Assembly (NCBI GenBank): GCA_963664405.1 | Contig: OY761158.1 | Coordinates: 6,432,001-6,496,000 of the forward strand | Origin: Thermoanaerobaculia bacterium | GTDB taxonomy: Bacteria; Acidobacteriota; Thermoanaerobaculia; Multivoradales; Multivoraceae | DNA: 64,000 bases | Direction of reading: 5' to 3' | Shown here: piece after piece, positions 54,084 to 62,706 of the stretch | Position numbering within the stretch: position 1 is the first letter of the stretch | How the letters are laid out: every line of letters begins with the position of its first letter | The notes under the pieces: model-generated | Database searches by the model: none | The model's input: only the letters and a program-made list of their open reading frames with translations | What the model was told of the DNA's origin: nothing | Made by a program: the position numbers and the translations under genes

Positions 54084-55016
54084 CCTGCTCGGGCCCACCC
54101 GTAGCGCCCAGCGCTTCCGCGGTCGTCCGGGGCCCCCTGGAGGGAACGTACCCTTCTCCAGGAGCTTAGCCTCGAGGCGTCCGCCTGTCGCCTCCATAAT
54201 CTCGTTGTGGTAGCTCTTCAGGCGTCGGATGATGTCTCGGTCACGGTCGCCCTCTCTGTCGCGGAAGAGCGACATTAGGGCCTCGTGGGGCACCTCGGAT
54301 ACAGTCCGTGCAGCGCCACAGCGTGCGATGAGGAAACAGAGGTAGTCCCAGCCGATCGGGCGATCCATGAAGAGTTTGAGGAGTTCGAGCGGGACAATCA
54401 GGCGGTTGGAGGTATCCGAGAGGTACTTCCAGAAGTCAGCCGAAAGGATCACCCCGTAGGGGTGTGAATCGGGCAACACCAATTGCCCAGCCTTCTCACT
54501 CTTGAGCTGTTTGCTCGTCGGTAGGCTGAAGCGCCGGACGATGAAGAGTTGTTCACCTTCGATACCCTCATCGAGCTCGGCTTGCGAGCGCCCAAACAAG
54601 AGGCGCACCGAGAGGCCCGAGATACCCTTGAAGCGTTGCCGGAAGAGCGCGAGCGTGCGACCGTCCTCGGAGAGGTTGAAGGTTTTGAGGAGCTCGCCGA
54701 CGCGCTGGAAGTGCACGATTGGCGAGCCCTGCTCGATCGCCAGGTGCTGAATCCCGGCGAGGACGAAGCGGTCGGCACCGAAAGGAAGCTCGTTGCCTTC
54801 GGTGGCTGTGTACGTAACGCGCAGCCACATATCGCCACCGAGGCGTAGTGTCCGCGTCAGTGAGCTCGAACCTGCTCTGCGCTTGGGAAGCCCTGCCATC
54901 GCCAGGGCCTTGGCGGTACGGATCGCTTCGATGCGCTGCTGCTCATCGAGTGCCTCGCGGATGGAGACCACCTTCTCGACACGCTCGAGGAGCGCCTTAT
55001 GCTTGCGCTCGTTCAT
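54081..55016 (-). CDS. repA: Plasmid replication initiator, RepA_C (IncW-like) family; stop codon supplied by the element TIR
   Basis: LPFG-x-x-R-FVL motif and downstream pattern resemble RepA_C; iterons directly upstream. Confidence 0.72.
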   Translation of the reverse strand: MNERKHKALLERVEKVVSIREALDEQQRIEAIRTAKALAMAGLPKRRAGSSSLTRTLRLGGDMWLRVTYTATEGNELPFGADRFVLAGIQHLAIEQGSPIVHFQRVGELLKTFNLSEDGRTLALFRQRFKGISGLSVRLLFGRSQAELDEGIEGEQLFIVRRFSLPTSKQLKSEKAGQLVLPDSHPYGVILSADFWKYLSDTSNRLIVPLELLKLFMDRPIGWDYLCFLIARCGAARTVSEVPHEALMSLFRDREGDRDRDIIRRLKSYHNEIMEATGGRLEAKLLEKGTFPPGGPGRPRKRWALRVGPSR

Positions 55017-55064
55017 GGGTTCCGGGCGACCGTAACACGGGCTGTGGAAAGCAGGAGTTTTCCA

Positions 55065-55157
55065 CGTGAACGAGAACGCGAAATCATCGCACCGGTTCGT
55101 GAATGAGGACGCGTAAATACGTGAATGAGGACGCGTTATTACGTGAATGAGGACGCG
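55065..55157. repeat. Iterons (plasmid origin)
   Basis: CGTGAATGAGGACGCG at 55098, 55120 and 55142 (22-bp period) plus degenerate CGTGAACGAGAACGCG at 55065; AT-richer tract follows. Confidence 0.85.
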
Positions 55158-55240
55158 AAATAGTCGGTAAGTACCTATGCCTTCAAGGGACTAGCGCGAG
55201 GGCAGTACCCTCAATATTCTTACAGTATCTACCTAAGCAG

Positions 55241-55395
55241 TAGTAGGGAGGCAGGCTGTGGAAATCTGACGATCTATGGAAAGCTCCCGCCCCAACATCA
55301 CCTCGAGCTCCAGCACCATTCTCGGGAGCTTCCCACAGCTCTTGGAAATCCCGCAGACGGGATTCCCACAGCTTCCACGGCCACGACGACTACTA
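55241..55395. other. Branched stem-loop structure beside the origin
   Basis: Outer GGCTGTGGAA/TTCCACGGCC and TAGTAG/CTACTA stems enclose AAGCTCCCG/CGGGAGCTT and AATCCCG/CGGGATT hairpins. Confidence 0.6.
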
Positions 55396-57580
55396 AAATA
55401 GAGTGGGTTTTCAAGAGAGCCTGAGCGGAGAACCCCCGAAACCGAGTGTTCGTTTCACCATTCGTTTCTTAGAAACGAACGGTTGCCGCGATGCGCGGAA
55501 GAGCGCGCAACCCTTACCAGGGCTTGCGCAGCTGGTTCCCCCCTGGTGTCGGGCTCGCGCCCGACTCCGCGTACCGCCTCTCATTTCCTATCGTCATGAG
55601 AGCTCCACTTCGCTATCGCTTCGTTTCGGGTCTCGCCTATGTCGTTATCACTCTTGGGCTCGACCTCGGTCCGCGGAGTCGGGCGCTGCGCTACCGGCGG
55701 CAAGAGCCGCCTCCCGACACCAGGGGGGTAAGAATTGCCTAGGCAAAGCCGAGGCATCCGAATCGAGCAAAGCTCGAGAAGAAGGTAAGGAGACGCAAGG
55801 CCGAGGCGTGCTGCCTGCCAAATAGCAGGCAGCGTGTTCCGAGAACACTCGGAAAGAAAAGAGAGAGGAACGAAAACGGTTACCCCAAGGTCTCCGTGAG
55901 ATCTCCAGAAAGTCGACTCCTGCTCACATCCCTCATGGTGGCAGACAGCCTCGCTCCGTCAAGGTCGAGGACTCTCTTGACCTCGCCTCGGACTGACTGC
56001 TCGGGGTTTTCCGGTATGTGAGCAGGTAGTCGAAGCTCACGCTAATCAGTAAGCAACAACAGACGTATGAGCGACAGCGAAATGAGTTATCTAGTGCGCA
56101 CACATTTAGACTTTGTGGAGAGCTGCTTTCTACACGAGACGGTCGACTGGAGAGAAGACTCCAGTGGTGTAACTTCGTATGTGGCGAGCAAGCCACTCGA
56201 GTACCGCGTGACCACATATGAGAACGAGAGTGGTGAGATTGAACACAAAGTAGAACGGAATCGGTGAGCTCAAGAAGAGCGTCCAAAGCGACGCTCTTCT
56301 TGCTGGAGACTCCGGAGGCAATAAGTTTCCCAACCACCCCCGTTTTCGTGCAGGAGGTGGCGGACGTCCGCCACCCTTCTTGACGAGAACGCCTCCGATG
56401 CGTCTGGCGGTTGTCCACAGCTTCGCGATTGGACTGCGACCCGTATACTGAAAAGCAAGAGAGATCTTTTTTCGGTTCTAACGACAGCACCTTCACCTCA
56501 CCAACTCGCCTGTCATAGCGTGTGCTGTCTCCGTTCTTCGAGCACACGGCCCTCCATACCCATAGAGGGCTGATGCCCTCGAAGAACAGACAGCCATGTT
56601 GGTGAAGCTCACCCCCTCAAAGAGGAGGAAAACCGAGGGGTAGAGCTCTGTAGCGCTAGTTAGCCGGCCCCTCTTGGCTCGCTCTGCTGCATGCGGGAGG
56701 TGCTGTCAGTGGAACTATTGAAATCACAACAGCACATCCTTGGAGAACGCTCGATTGCGGGGTACCCCCCGCGGCCGTTTGGTATTGCCCTTCCCGATCG
56801 GCGTCATCACCTTTTTGTTATTGGCGCGACAGGCCTTGGGAAGACAACATTTCTTCACGGTTCTTTGATCCAGGACTTGGCGACGCCGGGTGTTGGCGTG
56901 GCTTTCCTAGACCCTGACGGCACGGCAGCGGCTCAGCTCCTCGACTACATCCCACCGTCTCGCACGGGAGACGTCGTCTACTTCGACCCGGAAGACGCTG
57001 ACCACCCAATCGGCTTGAACCTGCTCGATACGCGCGGCGACGTCGATGAGCACCAGGTCGTCGGCGAAGCGGTGTCGATCTTTAAGCGCTTCTGGGGCGA
57101 CAGCTTCATGGCGCGCTCGGAAGACCTCCTTGCGAATACGCTTGCCGCCCTCGTTGAACATGGTGGCCAAACGCTTCTGGGTGCATTGCGGATGCTCACA
57201 GACGCCCCTTATCGGGAGCGCATACTCGCGAAGACGACCAACCCTGTCGTTTTGGGGTACTGGCGCGACGAGTTTGAGCACTACGACGCCCGCTATCGCG
57301 AACAGATGGCCGCGCCCATCCTCAACAAGCTCCGGCGCTTTGTCACCGACGCGCCCATGCGCAATATCGTTGGCCAGGTCAAGAGCGGTTTTGACATCGA
57401 GGCGCTGATGAACGAGGGCAAGATTCTCCTCGCGCGCCTACCGGTGAGAGTGAGCACGATAATCGATGGGAATGTTGGCCATTCTGAGCACGGTAGGTGA
57501 GGGAAGGGTGTTTGGTCCCTCAAGTAGTGTGCTCAAGACTAGGTCCGTCGGCATCATCCCCGCCGAAGGCGGGCCGTCGG

Positions 57581-58944
57581 GGATCCGTCCCGAATGCTGT
57601 GGAAATTGAGAATGGCGTAATCTCCTAGTGGTCAAACACATCGCCGGTTAGGGCGAACGGAGGATTACGCCATGGTGGAGAATATCAACGAGGAAGGGGA
57701 AGCTGCACGCTTCCGTCAGGACATTCGTTCGTTGTTACGCGAGCGTGTTCGTGCGGCGATCGAGATCACACTCGAGGAAGAGCTGTCCGAGGCGCTGGGC
57801 TGCAGCGCCTACGAGCGTTCAGGCGAGCGTGCGGGCTATCGCAACGGCAAGCAGCGTCGTCTGATCACGACGGCGTGTGGGTCGAAGGAACTGGACATTC
57901 CACGAGGACGGCTAGTCGGCGAGGATGGGGCCAGCGTAGAGTTTCGCAGTGCGATCGTGCCGCGTTACGCTCGTCGTACGCAGGAGGTCGATGACGCGAT
58001 CCTGGGTGCGTATCTGGCTGGCGCTAACAGCCGCCGGATCAAGAAGGCATTGGCTCCGCTGCTGGGTGAGGAGCACCTGTCCAAGAGCGCAGTTTCGCGT
58101 GTGGTGTCTCGGCTGAAGGAGCTTTTTGCTCGCTGGAGTGAGCGCGATCTGTCGGAGGAGTCCTACGTGCTTCTGTTTCTCGATGGCTTTCACCTGAAGG
58201 TCCGCTTGGCCCGTCGAGTGGTCTCGGTACCGGTGCTGGTGGTGCTGGGTGTGACTCCGGACGGCACCAAGGTGCTGGTGGCCTTACGTTTAGCCGCGAG
58301 CGAGGCCGCCGAGCACTGGAAGTGGCTGATCGAGGATCTGAAGGCCCGAGGTCTTCAGGCTCCGCGCTACCTGGTCACGGATGGCCACAAAGGGCTGGCC
58401 GCGGCGCTGAAGGCTTGGCCTGAGGTCAAAGTCCAGCGCTGCGTCCAACACAAGTGGGAGAATCTGAAGAAACACTGCCCGGTGCACGCACACGACGAGC
58501 TGCGGCGTGACTGGCACTCGATCGTACGAGCCGAGGACGCGGCACAGGCCCGCAAGGCCTACGCGGCGTTCGTCACCAAGTGGTCGCGACTAGTCCCGGC
58601 GGTGGCTCGCAGCCTTGAGGAGGCAGGGTTCCAGCTACTGACCTTCTACGAGCTCCCCAAATCGCTGTGGAGTTCGGTGCGCACGACCAACGCTCTGGAG
58701 AACCTGAACCGCGAGTTTCGTCGCCGCACTAAAACCCAGGGCTCCTTTGCCACCGAGGCTGCCGGCGTCACGCTCCTCTGGGGGCTCGTCGCCTTCGGGC
58801 AGATACACCTGCGAAGGATTAACGGCTACCGGGCGCTTCAGCTCCTGCTCGAGGTTGAGAGGGCCGCGTAAACGGTAGGATTTAGCAAAAGACGACTCGG
58901 AGGACTACGCCTGAACCCATTTCCACAAAAAACGGGACACATCC
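57581..58944 (+). mobile_element. IS256 family insertion sequence
   Basis: Imperfect TIR GGATCCGTCCCGAATGCTGTGGAAA / GGATGTGTCCCGTTTTTTGTGGAAA; 8-bp duplication GCCGTCGG. Confidence 0.93.
57672..58871 (+). CDS. IS256 (Mutator) family transposase
   Basis: YRNG, LFLDG, VTDG, QRCVQH, TTNALENLNREFRRR DDE motifs. Confidence 0.95.
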   Translation: MVENINEEGEAARFRQDIRSLLRERVRAAIEITLEEELSEALGCSAYERSGERAGYRNGKQRRLITTACGSKELDIPRGRLVGEDGASVEFRSAIVPRYARRTQEVDDAILGAYLAGANSRRIKKALAPLLGEEHLSKSAVSRVVSRLKELFARWSERDLSEESYVLLFLDGFHLKVRLARRVVSVPVLVVLGVTPDGTKVLVALRLAASEAAEHWKWLIEDLKARGLQAPRYLVTDGHKGLAAALKAWPEVKVQRCVQHKWENLKKHCPVHAHDELRRDWHSIVRAEDAAQARKAYAAFVTKWSRLVPAVARSLEEAGFQLLTFYELPKSLWSSVRTTNALENLNREFRRRTKTQGSFATEAAGVTLLWGLVAFGQIHLRRINGYRALQLLLEVERAA

Positions 58945-59879
58945 GCCGTCGGGGCCTGACGCGCAGTCCATACTTGTTCTTTCGCTGATCACGCTGAACG
59001 AGGGCTGACACGCAGCGATGGGATGAACGGCACGCTATCTGATGGGCGATCGAGGCGGTTCGCCGAGCTTCCATCGCGCTTGGGCCCCTGGTTGCGCCCT
59101 CAGATACCTTGAACGGAACACCCATTCCCACCAGACAACGTGATCGGGTTTCCTCGAATCGCCATCAAATACTGTGAACAAGACCGTCTGAGGCAAGTGG
59201 CAGCGAAACGCAGCTTCGGCTAAGTCCTTCAAAAGGCTACGCGACCATCACTTATCGTGATCGGACCGCCATCGATTATCGTGCTCACTCTCAACCGGCG
59301 AGCCTCGGCGAGAGCAACGCCGACCTCCTCGGCTCCATGCTCGTAACCAAGTTCTACCTCGCCGCACTGAAGCGTGGGCGTATGCTCGAAAACGAACGCC
59401 GCGACTTCTACCTCGTCCTCGATGAATTTCAGCGCTTCTCAACCGACACATTCGCCTCGATCGTGGCAGAGGCGAGAAAGCATCGGCTCAATTTGGCTCT
59501 CGCCGCACAGCACCTCGGCCAGACGTCAGACGCGGTGCGAGCCGCTGTCTTAGCGAACGTCGGCACCCTCATTTCCTTTGGTCTCGGCGCCGACGACGCA
59601 CGACGGCTTGAGCCCTACTTCCTTCCTTATTCACAAGAAACCCTTCGAGATCTCGGCCGTGGTGAGGTGGTGGTCAGACTCTTGGCGAACGCCGAAGCCG
59701 GACAGCCATTCCTCGCACGAACGACGCTTCCCGATCGAACGCACTATCACGGCCGCAGTGAGCTTGTTCGCCGTGAGTCACGGCGGCACCACGCGAGCGA
59801 TCGCCAGAAGGTGGAGAAGAAGCTCGCGAGTTGGTACAAGGCCAAGCAGTGAGAGGGTGGCCATGCAAAAGAAAACCGC

Positions 59880-60215
59880 CTAGGCCGAAGCCTGGCGGTT
59901 GAACTCTCTCGTGCGAATCGACGGAGGCCGGAGTCCCTCGAGTCGGCTAGCGATAGCGTCGTCGTCTCCATGACAGTCTAAAAGAATGCCGAGGAGGTGT
60001 GAGCGCCATTCGGTATCGTCGAAGTCGGTGGGTGTCGAGTACTGCTCCATAAGGCGGAATGCGCGCTCTCTGGTGTCATCAGTAAGGTCACCGAATGCTT
60101 CAGGAAAGTCTTCGTGAATGCTCCGAAGCAGCCCGATTGCGTTGCTGAGCCAGCTCCGTGCGCCCTCGAGCTCCATATAGACGAGGGCAATCTCCATTGC
60201 GAGTTGATGCGTCAC
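59880..60215 (-). CDS. Hypothetical protein
   Basis: Open frame with AAGGAG upstream of GTG 60215; no recognised motif. Confidence 0.5.
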   Translation of the reverse strand: MTHQLAMEIALVYMELEGARSWLSNAIGLLRSIHEDFPEAFGDLTDDTRERAFRLMEQYSTPTDFDDTEWRSHLLGILLDCHGDDDAIASRLEGLRPPSIRTREFNRQASA

Positions 60216-60365
60216 AACACTCTCCTTTCGTGGAAAAATCAGTGATGGAAGACCCCAGAACAACCTGAGATGCTCCTCACCGGCGTCCACGAAAGAAGGG
60301 TGCCGTGCGCCCGTTGAGTGACGTTAAGGAAAGAACTATAAGTAGTTGAATACTAAGAGTTTACG

Positions 60366-62090
60366 TTGATTTGTCAAGTATATCCTGCGCGCACCACAGC
60401 ATGGGTTCTGTGCTCTGTTTTGGCCTTGGTAGAAGGAGAGAGCCGCCCATTGCTAGCGCAAGAACCTGTTGGTCTACCGATCGCTGGTCGCTTCAATGAC
60501 AACGTGGAAATCCAGTGGAGTCGGCACACTCTAGAGGCAAGGGTGCGCACCGCCTTCGCGCCAAGCTCCCTCAAGACGCCAGAGGGCAAGGCTTATTGGT
60601 ACCTCTTTCACGAAGGTGACTATGTGGTGGCGTGGGAGTTCGACAGCGATCGCGGCGTGCGAATCACCCCGGGCGGAATGGTGCCCGAGGTGTTCATCCC
60701 ATCAACAAGATACCTTGACGTTCTCGCGAGCGAACCCATTCGCAAAGACCCCGCATATCTTAGGGATCTGAGAAACAAGCACGCGCGATTTGCGGAAGCA
60801 ACCACCGCCATTGCTTGCCTTGTACCAACACGCAAGATCGCAGCCTTCTATCCGCTTCCCTCCGAAACCTCAGGGGTGAAGAATCAGTCAAGCATCTTGT
60901 CCCTCAATAAGATGATGCCGGCATACGAAGAACGAAACGGCTGGTACCGAATTGACCTATTTGACGATTGGATACCCCCATCGGCGATCGAGGCGCGCCA
61001 ACCCTTCAAGGATCGCGGCCGAGACGCGTGTGAGCGACGACCCTCTAAACGCTCATATCGCTTCTCATCTTCAACAGCCTTCCACGCCGGCGCCTCGTCT
61101 CAGACTAGGGTCACAGGCTTTTCCGAGGTTGGCGAGACGGTGCAGACCATCACGACGGAAGTCCCAGGCGGCTGGTTTAGGGTAGAGGGTTTTTCTGGAA
61201 GGAAGGGCTGGTTCCGCGCCACCGATCTCGTGGCCAGTAATACCCCTCGGTCGGCTCCGCCGGTTGACCTCCCTCTCCCCCTATGGGGAAGCGTTACCGC
61301 GAGCGTCCTCAACGTCCGCGACGGGCCATCGGCGAACACAAAGGTAGTTCATACCCTTACGAAGGATTCCCGCGTTTTTCTGTTTGAGCGAGGGGGGGGT
61401 TGGTGGCGCATCACCAAGCTAAGCAGTCCAGGACGTGTTGGTTGGGTATCAGCCTCCCACATCGAGGTCCTCGGCCGGCCGCCGGATCCATGGCCGAACC
61501 CTCCATACTTCGCCACTTTTGATCACCCACTGTCGTCGCAGGGCTCCGGAGAGAGCCGCCAAGACGGTGTCGGCCCGAAAGCTCCGCCCTACCGCAGCGT
61601 CTACCATGAAGCCCTCCTTCCGCTCCTATTGCTCCCCTTTCTTGTCACCGCGACTCTTGTGCGTGGCCTCGAGCGCGACGCAGGAGACTATGGGGTGTGG
61701 CTTCTCTGGGTCTTCATCTTTACTTTCTTAATTGGCTTCATTCCCGCGCCGGAAGGCGTCTTGGTGGTCTTTGGCCTCTACGGGCTCTGTGCGATCTACT
61801 GGCTCTACGAGCTCTTTTTGTTGGTGCACTATTTGATGGTGCCGCACCCGCTCGAAGACGAGCTCAGGAGAGCGGTGGACAACCGCGCAGCGATTGACCT
61901 CGACAAGCTCGAGCGCATTGTGGCCGAGAGCATGGGAGATCTTCCTAAGCGGGGGTATAAACTGAAAAATAGAACTCGCCGCGTGCGTCGACTGATTGAG
62001 CTTCTGAGAGCTGAGCAGGAGCTTTTCCAAGAGCTTCTCGGCCGAGAGCGATTGTTGAACATACTCGAGAAGCTTGAACACTATGGCTAG
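60366..62090 (+). CDS. Multi-SH3 domain membrane protein
   Basis: Clear bacterial SH3 (LNVRDGPS...GWWRI...GWVSASHI), two weaker SH3-like repeats, 3-4 TM helices, helical C-terminus; start uncertain. Confidence 0.72.
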   Translation: MICQVYPARTTAWVLCSVLALVEGESRPLLAQEPVGLPIAGRFNDNVEIQWSRHTLEARVRTAFAPSSLKTPEGKAYWYLFHEGDYVVAWEFDSDRGVRITPGGMVPEVFIPSTRYLDVLASEPIRKDPAYLRDLRNKHARFAEATTAIACLVPTRKIAAFYPLPSETSGVKNQSSILSLNKMMPAYEERNGWYRIDLFDDWIPPSAIEARQPFKDRGRDACERRPSKRSYRFSSSTAFHAGASSQTRVTGFSEVGETVQTITTEVPGGWFRVEGFSGRKGWFRATDLVASNTPRSAPPVDLPLPLWGSVTASVLNVRDGPSANTKVVHTLTKDSRVFLFERGGGWWRITKLSSPGRVGWVSASHIEVLGRPPDPWPNPPYFATFDHPLSSQGSGESRQDGVGPKAPPYRSVYHEALLPLLLLPFLVTATLVRGLERDAGDYGVWLLWVFIFTFLIGFIPAPEGVLVVFGLYGLCAIYWLYELFLLVHYLMVPHPLEDELRRAVDNRAAIDLDKLERIVAESMGDLPKRGYKLKNRTRRVRRLIELLRAEQELFQELLGRERLLNILEKLEHYG

Positions 62091-62700
62091 CAAAAAGAAG
62101 GACGACCAAGAGAGAGAACTCGTCGATCCTGACGACGTACAGACGGCGGAAGAGGCTCTCGAAGCCACCCCAAAAAAACCACTCGTTCCCTCGATTCGCC
62201 GAGCTCGGCCGCCGGCGTTTCTGACGCGAATGACAAGGAAGCGCGTCGAGGCCGAGACGGAGTTTCTTGGGGCGTTAAAGGATCATGACGAAGCTGCCCT
62301 CGACTGGGCCCGCTCCCACAACGCGCTCAGCCCACAGAATCTTGGGAAGGTGAAGGCACTCGACGAAGAGCATCTCGACGAGGCGCTTGAGGAAACGAGC
62401 CAGCGCCGTGAGGTCAGAGCGGCTGAGCACCAGGTCAAGTTGGCGGAATTGGAGAGAAATCTCAGAGACGTAACCGAGCCTCCGAAACCGAAGCCTCACC
62501 GAAAAACGGAGGAAGAGAAGCTCCGAGAAGCAGTTAGGAAAGAGGGGGGGCGCGAGGATGCGCGTACAAGCATCTTGCGAGAGAAACGCATCAAGATATG
62601 CGGCGGCGAGGACCGTGATCCCGAGACCCATGAAGAAAAGCGGGCCTACGGAGCCGTCCAAGGCATCATGGATCGGATCTACAGAGAAGGACTCTCCTAG
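62083..62700 (+). CDS. Hypothetical charged, coiled-coil-like protein
   Basis: Overlaps the upstream stop; K/E/R-rich ORF. Confidence 0.65.
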   Translation: MASKKKDDQERELVDPDDVQTAEEALEATPKKPLVPSIRRARPPAFLTRMTRKRVEAETEFLGALKDHDEAALDWARSHNALSPQNLGKVKALDEEHLDEALEETSQRREVRAAEHQVKLAELERNLRDVTEPPKPKPHRKTEEEKLREAVRKEGGREDARTSILREKRIKICGGEDRDPETHEEKRAYGAVQGIMDRIYREGLS

Positions 62701-62706
62701 GCAACT

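Larger units (their letters stand above)
57445..59293. mobile_element. TG...CA non-autonomous element, copy B (477 bp net) containing IS256
   Basis: TIR TGAGAGTGAGCACGATAATCGATGG; 5-bp flanking duplication ACCGG (57440-57444, 59294-59298). Confidence 0.92.
56691..59852 (+). pseudogene. VirD4/TrwB-like (DUF87) ATPase interrupted by element copy B and nested IS256
   Basis: Walker A GATGLGKT in the 5' part, Walker B LVLDEFQ in the 3' part (from 59299); removing the insert and one ACCGG restores LARLPASLGESNADLLGSMLVTK. Confidence 0.88.

Noticed and set aside
55065-55157. Possible mini-CRISPR array
   Set aside because: Repeats are 16 bp with 6-bp spacers, no cas genes, and they sit beside a rep gene; iterons fit better
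55403-56600. Short ORFs (55491-55742, 56067-56267, 55933-56547)
   Set aside because: No recognisable motifs and conflicting frames; may be decayed genes but cannot be supported
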